In this document: piece by piece, positions 1 to 10,495 of the stretch
Numbering within the stretch: position 1 is the stretch's first letter
Layout: every line of letters starts with the position of its first letter
NCBI GenBank assembly: GCA_963705425.1
Contig: CAVPJO010000014.1
Location: 925 to 64,924, forward strand
DNA length: 64,000 bases
Direction of reading: 5' to 3'
DNA from: an uncultured Chloroflexia bacterium
GTDB taxonomy: Bacteria > Chloroflexota > Limnocylindria > Limnocylindrales > CSP1-4
Notes under the pieces: generated by a model
Seen by the model: only the letters and a program-made list of their open reading frames with translations
Told to the model about the DNA's origin: nothing
Databases searched by the model: none
Program-made: the position numbers and the translations under genes

Positions 1-521
1 CCGCTTCGTCGTCAGCCTGCCTGATATGCCGATCCCGCGGGCGTGACTCCCGCTCACCGCAGCACAGCCCGTCCCGTCCACTCGCTGCGGATGGTGGCAT
101 CGAGGGCGACCTCGTGCCGGCACGTCGCCGCTGCACCGAGCGAATGGGCGTGCCGTGGTGAGGACGCAGCGGGTGGGGGTGGCGCTGGGTGCGCCGGCGG
201 TGAGCATCGTGTCGACGCCCCAGCACCGGACACCCTGCACCCCGCCGCCGGCGCGCGCAAGCCCTCCAGGTGAACGGTGGTGCGTGGCAGCACAACACCG
301 GCCGCCCCAGGTCCTCGTCGAGCATTCTGCACTCGAAGGCGACGGAGACGCAGACGAACACAGCGTGACGACACCCCGTCCGCCGGGGATCACCTCTGCA
401 GGGCGCGATCCGCCGAGGCAGTGCGTCGACACGCCATCGACACACCGACCTGCCACCCTGCTTGCGAGTAGGCCCGTCCGGGATGCCGCGGACGGACCCG
501 CGCTAGCTTCGATGCAAGACG

Positions 522-1232
522 TTGATGGGGTTCAGAGTCATGAGAGATCGACTGATGGTGATGCTGATGCTGCTCGCGCTGGGGATGATGGCGGGAGGCA
601 TCGGTGCAGTGACGCGCGCGTCGGACGAGTCAGCGGGGACGATTCCCGACGATGCCGCGAGGGCGACCTTCGCCGGGGGCTGCTTCTGGTGCACGGAGGC
701 TGCCTTCGAGCAGCTGGACGGGGTCTACGAGGTCATCTCCGGCTACACCGGCGGCTCGGAGCAGGACCCGACGTACGAGCAGGTGTCCTCGGGCACGACC
801 GGTCACGCGGAGGCGGTCCAGGTCAGCTACGACCCGCTGCGTATCGGCTACGACGAGCTGCTCGACCTCTACTGGCGACAGATCGATCCCACGGACGCCG
901 GCGGGCAGTTCGTCGATCGGGGAGCGCAGTACCGGACGGTGGTCTTCTACCACGATGACGAGCAGCGGGCCATGGCCGAGGCGTCGCGGGACGCGCTGGC
1001 CGAGAGCGGCCGCTTCGACGCGCCGATCGTGACCGACATCGTCGCGGCCGGGCCGTTCTACCGCGCCGAGGAGTACCACCAGGACTTCTACAAGAAGGCG
1101 CCCGAGCGCTACGAGTCCTACCGCGCGGGCTCGGGACACGATCCGTTCCTCGAGTCCATCTGGGGTGAGGAGACGGGCGAGACGGAGGCCGGCGAGCGCG
1201 ACGAGTCGACGACGACCTGCGAGCAAGCCTGA
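522..1232 (+). CDS. msrA: Peptide-methionine (S)-S-oxide reductase (MsrA) domain with a hydrophobic N-terminal signal/anchor; probably the N-terminal half of a fused MsrAB
   Basis: ORF 522..1232 has the active-site block [13 protein letters not shown], then [23 protein letters not shown] and YHQDFY. The N-terminus [20 protein letters not shown] is hydrophobic. Confidence 0.9.
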   Translation: MMGFRVMRDRLMVMLMLLALGMMAGGIGAVTRASDESAGTIPDDAARATFAGGCFWCTEAAFEQLDGVYEVISGYTGGSEQDPTYEQVSSGTTGHAEAVQVSYDPLRIGYDELLDLYWRQIDPTDAGGQFVDRGAQYRTVVFYHDDEQRAMAEASRDALAESGRFDAPIVTDIVAAGPFYRAEEYHQDFYKKAPERYESYRAGSGHDPFLESIWGEETGETEAGERDESTTTCEQA

Positions 1233-1628
1233 CGCCGCTCCAGTACCACGTGACCCAGGAGGACGGGACGGAGCCGCCGTTCGACAACGCCTACTGGGAC
1301 GACAAGCGGGCCGGGATCTACGTCGACGTGGTCAGCGGAGAGCCCCTGTTCAGCTCCACGGACAAGTACGAGAGCGGCACGGGTTGGCCCAGCTTCACCC
1401 GCCCCCTCGATCCGGGCAACATCGTCGAGAACGAGGACCTCGACGCTGTCCAGGCCACGGACCGAGGTGCGCAGCGCGGACGGCGACAGCCACCTCGGAC
1501 ACGTGTTCCCCGACGGCCCCGAGCCGACGGGTCAGCGCTACTGCATCAACAGCGCCGCCCTACGGTTCGTGCCCAGGGAGGACCTCGAGAAGGAGGGCTA
1601 CGGAGAGTACCTCTCGCTGTTCGAGTGA
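1229..1628 (+). CDS. msrB: Peptide-methionine (R)-S-oxide reductase (MsrB) domain, frame broken once near 1465
   Basis: The frame of ORF 1250..1738 reads [47 protein letters not shown]. The conserved C-terminus [37 protein letters not shown] exists only in another frame, ending at TGA 1626..1628. Confidence 0.85.
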
Positions 1629-1905
1629 GCGCTCGGAACGGGGTGGTCAAGTCAGAGGCGCGATCCATGTGCCCCCGTCGCCTTCTGCTTGTCACGACGC
1701 CGCCATGGTGTGGGGCCCACAGGAAGTCGCATCACTGAGGCGAGGATTCGTGATGTTCCAGGCCTGCATCGGGCATGACCGCGCCCTCAGCGACAAGGGA
1801 GTCATGGGTCCAGGGCGTTGCGATGTGGTCTGAGCTGCATTCGGCCGAGGCTTGGCCAAGGGGCTCCGTGCGTTCTTCCGCCCGGAGCCCCCAGGCGCGA
1901 TACGA

Positions 1906-3538
1906 TCAGCGGGCGAACTCGTAGACGGTGTTCGTCACGTCTTCGGTCACGTAGATGGACCCGTTGGGGCCGACCGCGACGCCGTTGAAGCCGCCATGGG
2001 GAAGGGTGCCAGGGATGACGCGGTTCCCGAGATCGAAGCCTTCGACGACTGGCGTGACCACGCCGCTCACCAGGTCGATCGCCGACACTCGGTCGAGGCC
2101 CTCCTCGACCACCAGCAGGCGGTCCCCATCGAGTGCCAGCCCCTCCGGCGACGAGAAGATCCGACGCGAGTGGGACTGCCTCACCGTCCGGCGGGACCGC
2201 GAAGACCGTACCGAGCGCCCAGTCCGAGACATACAGGGTCTCACCGTCGGATGCGAGCCCGAGCGGGAGTCCCAGTCCGCCGATCAACTCCTCGCCAGTG
2301 GCGGCGTTGACCACGTTGTTGCCGTCGGGGAGGCCGCCCTGGGCGGCGACCAGCGTCTCGCCATGACGGATGGCATTGAGCGGGACCGCCAACGTACGGA
2401 TGTCCTCGAGCACCTCTCCTGTCGCCGGGTCGAACACCTGCACCGAGTTGGAGAACCAGCTGGTGGTGATGAGCCGATCCGCGTCGGCTGCCACGGTGAA
2501 CCCGCCCTCGGGCTCCGTGCCCGGCGGATCGTAGCGACCGTAGTACGACATCTCCGGCTCGTTGTCCGGACCGATGCCCCGGACCGAGAAGGAATCGGCT
2601 GTGACCCACACGGTGCCGTCGGGCGTGACCGCGATACCGCCTGGGGCGGGGAAGCCGCTCTCGTTCAACGCCTGGACCGTGCCGTCCGTATCCAGCCTGA
2701 GGATCTGACCCTCGCTGGATGTCGCGGTGAAGATGCGATCGCCGGCGTCGAACGCCATGTTGTCCAGGGTGGCCTCGATATCGACGAGGATCTCGCGCTC
2801 GCCGCTGTCGAGGTCGAGCCTGAGGATCTGACCCTCGGCCAAGTCGACGGCGTGGAGGCGGCCCCTTGAGTCGAACTTGACGGCTGATGGGATACGGAAG
2901 CCCTCGGCCACGATCTCCGCCGTCGGCTCCTCGGCATCGATGTCGACCCTGGCGATGGCCCCGCCGAAGAACAGCGGTCCATACAGGAGGCCATCTGGGC
3001 CGAAATCCATGCCGTTCATGCCGACCAGGTCCTCGATGACCACCCTGGGAGGCTCCACGAGCTCGGGATCCAACTCGTACAGGCCGTCGCCCATGAAGTC
3101 ACGGGCCACGAAGAGTCGGCCATCGTCCGACATCGTGATGGGGTTGACGCCCGGCCCGACCTGCTGGGTCGTGAACGTGCCGTCGGGCTTCAGCATGCCC
3201 ACGTTGCCGCCGAGGAGCTCGGTCCAATAGATCGTGCCGTCGTCCGTGACGAACACGTCATCGGGGCCGTGGACCCCTCGCTCAGGGCCGATGCGATCGA
3301 GGAGCTCGCCAGTGTCGGGGTCGTGGACCGTGATCTCGTCGCCGCCCACGCTCGCGGCGTAGACGCTGCCATCCGGTCCGACGTAGGTGCCGTTCGCCCC
3401 ATTGAGGATGGACGCGCGCCACACGGGGACGCCATCCTCGGGGCCGTAGGGCTCGGTCGCCACCTCATCTTGTGCCGCGACGCCGACTGATGCCAGCATC
3501 AGCGCGACGACCGTGGATAGCGCGATGATCTTGCGCAT
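1906..3538 (-). CDS. Secreted beta-propeller repeat protein (SMP-30/gluconolactonase/NHL-like), one frame break near 2160-2190
   Basis: Signal peptide MRKIIALSTVVALMLASVGVAAQ. Repeated GPDG..Y / DG.L.V blocks run through ORF 1802..3538. The plausible C-terminus (SSPEGLALDGDRLLVVEE...GPNGSIYVTEDVTNTVYEFAR) continues in ORF 1906..2244, and the tail of the 578-aa ORF is Arg-rich nonsense. Confidence 0.75.
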
Positions 3539-3829
3539 GGGTGCGCTCCCATCTTTTCATGGTCGCGCTGTCGGCGGCTCACCTGGTCGCACGGCACGAC
3601 CATCCACTACCGATTCTCTCACTCGCGTCGAGGTCACTACCCTGACCTGTCAGGAGCGGAGCGTGAAGCTCACAGTCCAGTCCGTCGACAGCACACGGGC
3701 GTGCAGCACTGCCCACCCGCACGATGACGAGAACGTGACACGGACGAGTGTCAGGTTCCGCTTGGCAGGGCCTGATGCCGGCCATCTCCGGTTCGGAGGC
3801 CCGGCCTGGGGTCCCGCGACCGGTGCCAC

Positions 3830-4411
3830 CTAGCCGCCCGCCCCGCTGCGGGGCCAGCGCATCCGCGACAGCGTCCGCCCTACGCGGTGCTGGTACATCA
3901 CCACGCCCCCCACGTGCGCGAGCAGCAGGATCAGCATGCCGATGGCGAAGATGAAGTGGGCGTTGCGGACCGGCAGCGAGCGGTCCACGTCGCCTGACGC
4001 CACGGCCGGCGCGATGGGCGTGATGTCGCTACCGAGCAGCAGCAGGATGCCGCTGATCGCGGTGATCACTGAGCCCAGCACCAGCAGGACGTGGATGCCC
4101 TTGTAGGCGAGGTACTCGCTGCGCGGCATCTCCAGCGGGTCCGGGCGCCGGTCGCGCATCGCCCAGATGACGCGGACGATAGACAGGATCAGCACGAAGT
4201 AGCCGAGCGTGACGTGCAGCTGATAGAAGAGCGTCTTGCTGTCGCCGTCCTCGAGCTTCGTCATGAAGAAGCCCTGGACGAGCACGACGATGATGAGGAT
4301 GGCGCTGACCCAGTGGAGGGTCGCCGCCCCGCGGCCGTACTGTGCAGGGTGGGCAGGGTCGGACCGCCGAGCATCAGGTGTCATGCCCGAGACCCTACAC
4401 GCCTCCGTCAA
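3830..4411 (-). CDS. Cytochrome b561 family membrane protein (CybB-like)
   Basis: ORF 3830..4411 has four hydrophobic helices carrying conserved His (HWVSAILIIVVL, YQLHVTLGYFVL, YKGIHVLLVLG, RNAHFIFAIGMLILLLAHVGG). Confidence 0.8.
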   Translation of the reverse strand: MTEACRVSGMTPDARRSDPAHPAQYGRGAATLHWVSAILIIVVLVQGFFMTKLEDGDSKTLFYQLHVTLGYFVLILSIVRVIWAMRDRRPDPLEMPRSEYLAYKGIHVLLVLGSVITAISGILLLLGSDITPIAPAVASGDVDRSLPVRNAHFIFAIGMLILLLAHVGGVVMYQHRVGRTLSRMRWPRSGAGG

Positions 4412-4762
4412 GCCGGTGCCGCCGGCCTCTCCACGCGATCGCGCGTTCGTGTGCGACTACCACCAGCCGTCCCCGAGAAGCTTGCGGGCTAGGGCAGCGG
4501 CACCTATCGATGTGCCCTCGGCCTCGCGAGCGGACTGGGCAAGACAGCAGCATCAGGTGACGGACGCCGCGAGTGCCGGGGTCAACCCAGTCGTGAGACA
4601 GAGAGTCGAGTGGCGTGCCGAGATAGGGCCATGAGGCACTTGTCAGAGAGACTGACAGAAAGTACTTCCGAGCCATTCTCGTCCCTACAAGAGGTCTAGT
4701 GACGCGAGATCGCGTGTGACGTACGGTGCAGACCGCTGTAGTGGGGGGAAGGAGATGCGATC

Positions 4763-5177
4763 GTGCGCTTCGATGGGTTACGTCGATCTCACATCCCTGC
4801 CGGTCGAGCGACTGGACTCCGCCTTTCGGCGTGAGCAGGTCGCGGCCATCCTGCCCGTGAGCGAGCTTGGTTCCGGCCTGGCCACCATCCTCGTGGCAAC
4901 GCCGCGCAAGCTGGGCGTTGCCACGCTGCGGCGCCTGGCTGGTCACGATCACTGGATCACCCGCTGGGCGCCCTGGGACGCCGTGCGGCTGCCGGACGAC
5001 TCGTCCGATCCCGTCGCCCGCCTGCGGCATCTCCAGCCGGACATCAGCGTCGACGGCAGGAGCTTCAGGCCCGTGCTGGGCGGTCAGCTTGGCACAGTCG
5101 CACTGAGCGACTTCCGCCGTTCGGTCCAGGGACGGCGTCACGCGCTGGCTCCTCGTGAGCTGGCCGGGACCACCTGA
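4763..5177 (+). CDS. Hypothetical protein, paralog of 11016..11399; 5' end unresolved (possible frame break in the first codons)
   Basis: ORF 4716..5177 shares blocks with the 11016..11399 product: FR.EQV..(I/V)LPV, LVATP, DHW.T..APW..VR. GGGGGGAAGGAG lies 8 nt before GTG 4763 (V-R-F-D-G, like MRFRN of the paralog), but the body is in the frame of ATG 4773. Confidence 0.6.
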
Positions 5178-5739
5178 GCTCACATTCGAACATCACCGTA
5201 GCTTCGCCCCATCGCACGGTCTCCTCGGTCGTGGTCCGAGCCACACGGAGGAGGTGATGGAGCGTCGCAGCCCTCCAGCCCCGGTGGCGTCGCTTGCTCC
5301 TCGGGAGTGGCGCCACCGGGGCCGCACTAAGGTGGCGCGCCCGGCACGCCCGACGCGACCATGGCTCACCGTGAGTGGTCGCGTCACGAGCGTACAGCCC
5401 CGATTCCAGCGGAGGACCCTTCGTGGCGTGCGACCACCGAACCACGACGTCCTTGTCATGCCGATCGCCTGGATGACCCGCGGGCGCACGCCCTCGGTCA
5501 CACTTGGATGAGGCCACGCGTCTTGTGGGCATGAGGGCCATGACTGGGACGCTCGACCCGGAGGTCATCGCGGTCGTCACGGCCGCGGGCGAGCGTCTTG
5601 AGCATCTGCCCCCGAGTTCGATGCAACGGCGCGAGGTCCCGTCTTGCCTGGCGCGCTGGTATCCCAACGTTGAAGCAGCGCGGCTGCTTGCCCGTCTGCC
5701 TCGCTCCCATCCGGGCAACCGATCGGCTCGGGCCAGGCT

Positions 5740-7698
5740 TCACCAGGCGGCACCGCCGACCGTGACGAGGGCCTCGGCGACCTGGCCGAAGGGCCGTCCG
5801 TCGGCCACCAGCTCGAGCGCGATCGGCCTCCGCCGGCACTCCCCGGCCACGGTCATCGTGAGCTCGCAGCTCACCTCTGCTCGTGCCGCGGCCGTCAGTG
5901 CTGCTGCACCGCCGACCCAGCCGGCCGGGCCCACGAGGCGGACCTCGAGCGTCGCCGCGTGGGGCAGGGGGTTGCGCACGGTCGCCCGCACGGTCGCGGT
6001 CTCGCCGTCTGCCAGGTGGAGCCGGTACGGCCACAGCCAGCCGCCGCACGAATCCACGTCGAAGTGGACGTCCGTCGCCGCCAGCGGCATGGCCCGCCGG
6101 TGGACGTCCTCGTAGACTCCGCGTGCGTTCGTCGATGAGCTCGTAGAAGGCCTCGTCGGTCCGGAACGGAGCCCAGTGGCCACTGAGCACGATGTCGGGT
6201 CGCTGCGCCTTGAGCCACGCCCCGCTGTGTGCGAAGGAATCGAGGTGCGCACCGCCGCGATAGACGTGGTTCTCCTGGTGGGTGACCATCGCCCAGTCGG
6301 AGATGGCATCGCCCGTGACCGGTTCGACCGTGTGAGTCTGAAGAGACGACTTCGGGATGAAGCCGTACTGATCGCCGGTATGGGCGTAGCGGAGGCCGTC
6401 GATCTCGAAGCCGATGAGGTTCTGGAAGCGGGTGTGTCCGCTTGAGGCCTCGAACCGGAACTCGATGCCCTCCCACGAGACCGCCTCGCCGTCGCGAAGG
6501 CGGCGGTCGACCCGGGTCGGGATGGGGTTGTCGCACGGGAACTGGTGAGCGTCGGGGCGCTCCAGGCAGATCGGCGAACCCCTCATGCGCCCAGCACTCG
6601 GTTCCTTGTGTTGCGCTGGAGGAGCGGGATTCCCGCGACATGGTCGTCGTGGTAGTGCGACGGGATGACGACGTCGATGCGCTCGACGCCGGCCTCATCG
6701 CGCAGCGCGTCGAGCGTGTGGGCCAGGACCCGGGCACGGTATGTGTCGAACGGGTAGCCGTTCCACCATCGCTGGGCGTGGTAGCCATAGTCCAGGGCGA
6801 GGGCTGAGCCCGACGGGCCGACCACGAACGCGCACGAGCTGGCCGAGTGCTGCGCCAGCCAGACGTGTTCGCTGAGCCGAGTCGAGGGACGGGTCGTCCG
6901 CTCGTCCGACCGCGCGGCCTCGAGCTCCCCGACTCGAACGGCCGTGTCGCGCACAGCGCTTCCATGGTGCGTTGCAGCGCGTCGAGCGCCTCGTCGGCGC
7001 TGCGAGGATCGGGCTCACCCAGGCTGGGCAGGAGGACGTCGACCGCCCGACGACGCAGTTCGGCAGCGGAGTGCCAGACCTCGACGGCGCCCAGCAGGCC
7101 GGCGTAGTCGTACTGGAGGGGCGCGACCCGCGGCACGCGCCCGGGCGAGTGGATCGTCTCGCCCGAGCAGACGGCTCGCAGCGAGGTCTCCGGCACGTCG
7201 AACGCGAGGCCTACCTGGTTCATGGTCGCACCGGGCAGCGGGATGACCTCGAGCTGCAGGCCGGCCAGCTCGATGCGTTCGTAGTCGCGCAGCACCCCGG
7301 CGACCGATATCGGCTCGATCGGGGCGAAGTGATCCCAGTAGTTGACGTAGACGATGTACGTCTTGCGCCCCGCGGAAGTGCTCGAGCGGGTCGCTGAAGA
7401 GCTCCATCTCGCGCTCCGGCACGAGGACGCGAACGCCGAGCTCCCGGGCTGCACGGGCGGCACCTGCGCTGTGGTCCCGGAAGAAGTGAGTGCAGGCCAA
7501 CGCCACCGGCCGGTCGGGCAGCTCGTCGACGTGGTCGATCCACTCTCCGGTCCCGGCATCGACGATGAGGACGCCGTCGGGCCCCGTGATGGCGTAGACA
7601 TTGCAGCTGTCCGGCCACATCAGGACACCCGGTAGGACCTGCTCGCCACTCAGCCATTCGTCGCCTCCCCCGGACCTGACGCGCAGCCTCTGCGCCAC
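5740..7698 (-). CDS. Tandem metallo-beta-lactamase-fold protein with a C-terminal beta-sandwich-like tail; reconstructed across about five frame breaks
   Basis: The pieces lie in five ORFs. ORF 7015..7698: VLMWPDSCNVYAITGPDGVLIVDAGTG, CTHFFRDHSAG. ORF 5895..7601: YIVYVNYWDHFAPIEP, VIPLPGAT, ECWAHEGFADL. ORF 6583..6954: FVVGPSGSALALDYG, VVIPSHYHDDHVAG. ORF 5498..6586: GHTRFQNLIGFEIDGLRYAHTGD. ORF 5740..6309: ATVRATVRNPLPHAATLEVRLVGPAGW. Confidence 0.7.
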
Positions 7699-8053
7699 GC
7701 TCCTGGGCTATCGGTCGGCTCGTCGGGCCGTCCGACGTCCAATATGCCAGCTCGGTCTACCGCTCTGCTGGCGGACCCGCGAAGCGACGACCTGGTCGGA
7801 ACCGTACATGCTCCCGAGGCCGATCAGGGTGCAGATCCCATCATGGCTGCGTGCACCTCCCGTGGGATTCGATACCCGCGGTCGTACAGGCCCTTGCCCC
7901 TCGTACCGCATGGCGCCCAGCGCACGAGCCGCCGATCGCAGATCGAGTCGTCCTCGACACGGCAGAGCATCTCCCTGCCATCTGCCTCTGTGTCGGCCAG
8001 CGCGCGTGCGATACTCCTGCGGGGCATCGAGGGGCCACTCGGGAGACAGCTAG

Positions 8054-8743
8054 ATGATCCACGTCCGCACCGCGATGCCCGCAGTCGGCTCCTCGCGCAT
8101 GCTGAGCGTTCTCGCCGCAGTGCTCGTGACCGCCGCCCTCGCTTGCTCCAACGGGGATGGTGACGGTGGTACGTCGGCAGCATCGGCCGAGCCCGTGGCC
8201 ACCGTGGCGCCCGCGGCGACCGACGCACCCGCAGTCGAGGAGGGAGCTGAGGGCGAAGCGGCCGATGGCGAGCAGGCTATCAGCGACGCAGCCCCGACCG
8301 ACGCCATCGCAGCCGCCCTCGACTTCGGCTCGGGGACCGCCTCGATCACCCTCGGTGAAGAGACGTTCGAGCTCGCCATCGGCCCAGGCATCGGCCTCTG
8401 CCGCGATGTCTTCGGGATCATCCAGGCTGCAGGCCAGGTGGCCGACGGGCGCGACATCGAGGGCGACTTCATGATCCCGCCGCTCGATTGGGAGACGTAT
8501 GCCGACGGTCGCTACGACCCGCCCTCGGTGGCGCTGGAGATCAACTCCACCGGTGAAGACAACGCCCGCTGGCGCGCCGATGCTGCTTGGGCCCAGGAGC
8601 ACGACAAGGTCGGCATGAGCCAGGTCGATTCGTACGAGAAGGATGGGTTGGCCGCATCCGGCTCGGCTACGTTCGCCGACTCCTGGAACAGCGAGGCGGG
8701 ATCCGTTCAGGGCAGCTTCGAGATCAGCTGCGACGAAGGCTAG
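8054..8743 (+). CDS. Putative secreted lipoprotein, unknown family
   Basis: ORF 8054..8743 has a signal peptide ending LVTAALAC-SNG (lipobox-like), an Ala/Glu/Pro-rich linker, then a globular part. GC3 is high. No family recognised. Confidence 0.7.
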   Translation: MIHVRTAMPAVGSSRMLSVLAAVLVTAALACSNGDGDGGTSAASAEPVATVAPAATDAPAVEEGAEGEAADGEQAISDAAPTDAIAAALDFGSGTASITLGEETFELAIGPGIGLCRDVFGIIQAAGQVADGRDIEGDFMIPPLDWETYADGRYDPPSVALEINSTGEDNARWRADAAWAQEHDKVGMSQVDSYEKDGLAASGSATFADSWNSEAGSVQGSFEISCDEG

Positions 8744-9092
8744 CCTCCTGCGCACCGTGCTCACGTGCGTGACCCGGGGTCTGTCGCGTGCCCGTAGCTG
8801 CGCGAACGCGACCCCACCATGCGTCGATGTAGAGCCACTGCCGGCCCACACCTGCCCCACCCATGAGCCCGGCACCAACACCGTTTCGATCGGTGGTGCT
8901 CGCACCTACCGCCTTGTCACCGGTGAGGCCCTTCTTCATGGCATTCATCGTGTGGGCCCCGCTGGCTCGTCGTCTGCGAGGGCCGCGTCCGGTCGACTCG
9001 CGCTTATCGACTGCATGCGGCTTGGGCATCCTTGGCCGTGCATCCCGCTGCGCCCGTCGCGTGTCGCAGATCGGTCTCATCATGCGAGCAGC

Positions 9093-9980
9093 ATGGTAGG
9101 GCAGCAGACCGGCGGTTCCAGCCCGACAGCACGCCCGCGGCAAGGCAGACGCACACTGCTCGCGCTGGCGGTGGTTCACCCCGTGCCCAGTGCCATCAAC
9201 GCTCTGCTCGTTGCGATCCTGGCCATCCTCGCCGGCGGCGAGCGATCGACGGCGGGGCTACTGGCTATCGCCATGCTCGGCTATCAGTTCTCCATAGGTG
9301 CCCTGAACGACATCGCCGACGTCGACGCTGATCGTCAGCGGAAGCCCCGCAAGCCGATCCCTGCCGGCCTGATCCCGGTCGCGTTCGCAAGCGTCATCGT
9401 CGTCCTCGGGGCGGTTGTCGGGCTCGGCATCTCGGCGAGTTACGGCATGCTGGTCCTGGTGCTGGGGGCGTCGGGCTACGCCGCGGGCGTGGCCTATGAC
9501 CTCGCCATGCGCCCCAGGGGGCTGGGATGGTTGTGCTTGGCGGCCGCGTTCCCGCTCATGCTCGCATGGACGTGGGTGGCGGCCGCAGGGACCCTGCCGC
9601 CGGGATGGCCGTTCCTGTTGCCGCTCGCGGCCTTGGCAGGTCCGGCTATCCACCTCTCGAACAGCCTCGTCGACGTGGACTCGGACCAGCGGGCCGGTCA
9701 ACTCAGCCTGGCCACGCGACTCGGGCTCCGCCGCGCCAGGACGACGCTGACGATCCTGATGGCCACCGTCCTCGTCCTTGCCTGGGCCACGCTGGTATCG
9801 GTCGCCACCGCCTCAGGCCCGGCCGTGACCGCGGCGCTCGTCGCGACCATCGCCACCGTGCTCGGCGTGGCGCTCTCATGGCAGGACGCCATCCGGGCGC
9901 GCGAGGCGGGCTGGCTGTGCCAGGCTGTCGGACTCGCCATCATGGCAGCCGCCTGGCTCGCATCCATGCCACAAGCCTGA
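9093..9980 (+). CDS. UbiA-family prenyltransferase (polytopic membrane protein)
   Basis: This is the distal part of ORF 8643..9980. It has multiple TM helices and the two Asp-rich motifs NDIADVDADR and DVDSD. ATG 9093 is the first Met before the first TM helix; the upstream part of the ORF is Arg/Pro-rich and unconvincing. Confidence 0.8.
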   Translation: MVGQQTGGSSPTARPRQGRRTLLALAVVHPVPSAINALLVAILAILAGGERSTAGLLAIAMLGYQFSIGALNDIADVDADRQRKPRKPIPAGLIPVAFASVIVVLGAVVGLGISASYGMLVLVLGASGYAAGVAYDLAMRPRGLGWLCLAAAFPLMLAWTWVAAAGTLPPGWPFLLPLAALAGPAIHLSNSLVDVDSDQRAGQLSLATRLGLRRARTTLTILMATVLVLAWATLVSVATASGPAVTAALVATIATVLGVALSWQDAIRAREAGWLCQAVGLAIMAAAWLASMPQA

Positions 9981-10078
9981 GAAGGCACAGACGATGCAAC
10001 GCCTTCCTGACCGCCGCGTGCTGCCGCACGGATGCGAAGCGGCTGGCGACCTCGCAGCCGGCAGACTCCAGACTCCGG

Positions 10079-10495
10079 TCAGGCGAAGATGCCCGCCTCG
10101 GCCAGCTTGGCCTGTGCCTCCTTCCAGGTCGCGACGCAGGCCTCGATCTGCTCGGCGAGCACGGGCGCCTCGTAGCCCTCGCCGGTCATCTCCGCGTCCG
10201 TGGCGACGGCTTCCACCTCCTGGACGGCCGTGAACCAGGCGTGCGAGGCCCAGCACACGTCGGCGAGAGCCTCGTATTCGGGGCCCGGCATCGCCGTGGG
10301 GATCTCCCCGGTGACGTAGGGCTGCATGGCCTCGTGCGTCCGCTCTCCGGTCCGACCCAGGTCACGCATGGCTTCCCATGTCGCCGCCAGGTCGCCGTCC
10401 TGGGAGCTGTCGATCACGGCCTCTACTCCCTCGTTCATCCTCGCCAGGAGTGGCGCTACATCTCGCGCGAAGGCCGTCGCCCATTCCTCAGCCAT
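10079..10495 (-). CDS. Hypothetical acidic protein
   Basis: ORF 10079..10549. The internal ATG 10495 is preceded by GGAGGA. Composition is helical and acidic with high GC3. No family recognised. Confidence 0.55.
   Translation of the reverse strand: MAEEWATAFARDVAPLLARMNEGVEAVIDSSQDGDLAATWEAMRDLGRTGERTHEAMQPYVTGEIPTAMPGPEYEALADVCWASHAWFTAVQEVEAVATDAEMTGEGYEAPVLAEQIEACVATWKEAQAKLAEAGIFA

Noticed and set aside
3650-3665. Short inverted repeat CTGACctGTCAG upstream of the beta-propeller gene
   Set aside because: It has only 5-bp arms, which is expected by chance in 64 kb, and nothing corroborates it.
7824-8027. 67-codon minus-strand ORF with Cys pairs (MPRRSIARALADTEADGREMLCRVEDDSICDRRLVRWAPCGTRGKGLYDRGYRIP) in the MBL/lipoprotein divergent region
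   Set aside because: It loosely recalls the C.V..C...GLC..HY.R zinc-ribbon motif of actinobacterial HNH-associated proteins. However, it has no SD and only moderate GC3, and it occupies the likely promoter region of two divergent genes. That is not enough to call it.
7841-8905. 354-aa minus-strand ORF
   Set aside because: It is antisense to the lipoprotein gene and has no motifs. The plus-strand gene has a signal peptide and better third-position GC bias.
8724-9179. 151-aa minus-strand ORF in the lipoprotein-UbiA gap (contains MKKGLTGDKAVGASTTDR, faintly CsbD-like)
   Set aside because: Third-position GC is clearly lower than in real genes here. It overlaps the lipoprotein 3' end, and the similarity is too weak.
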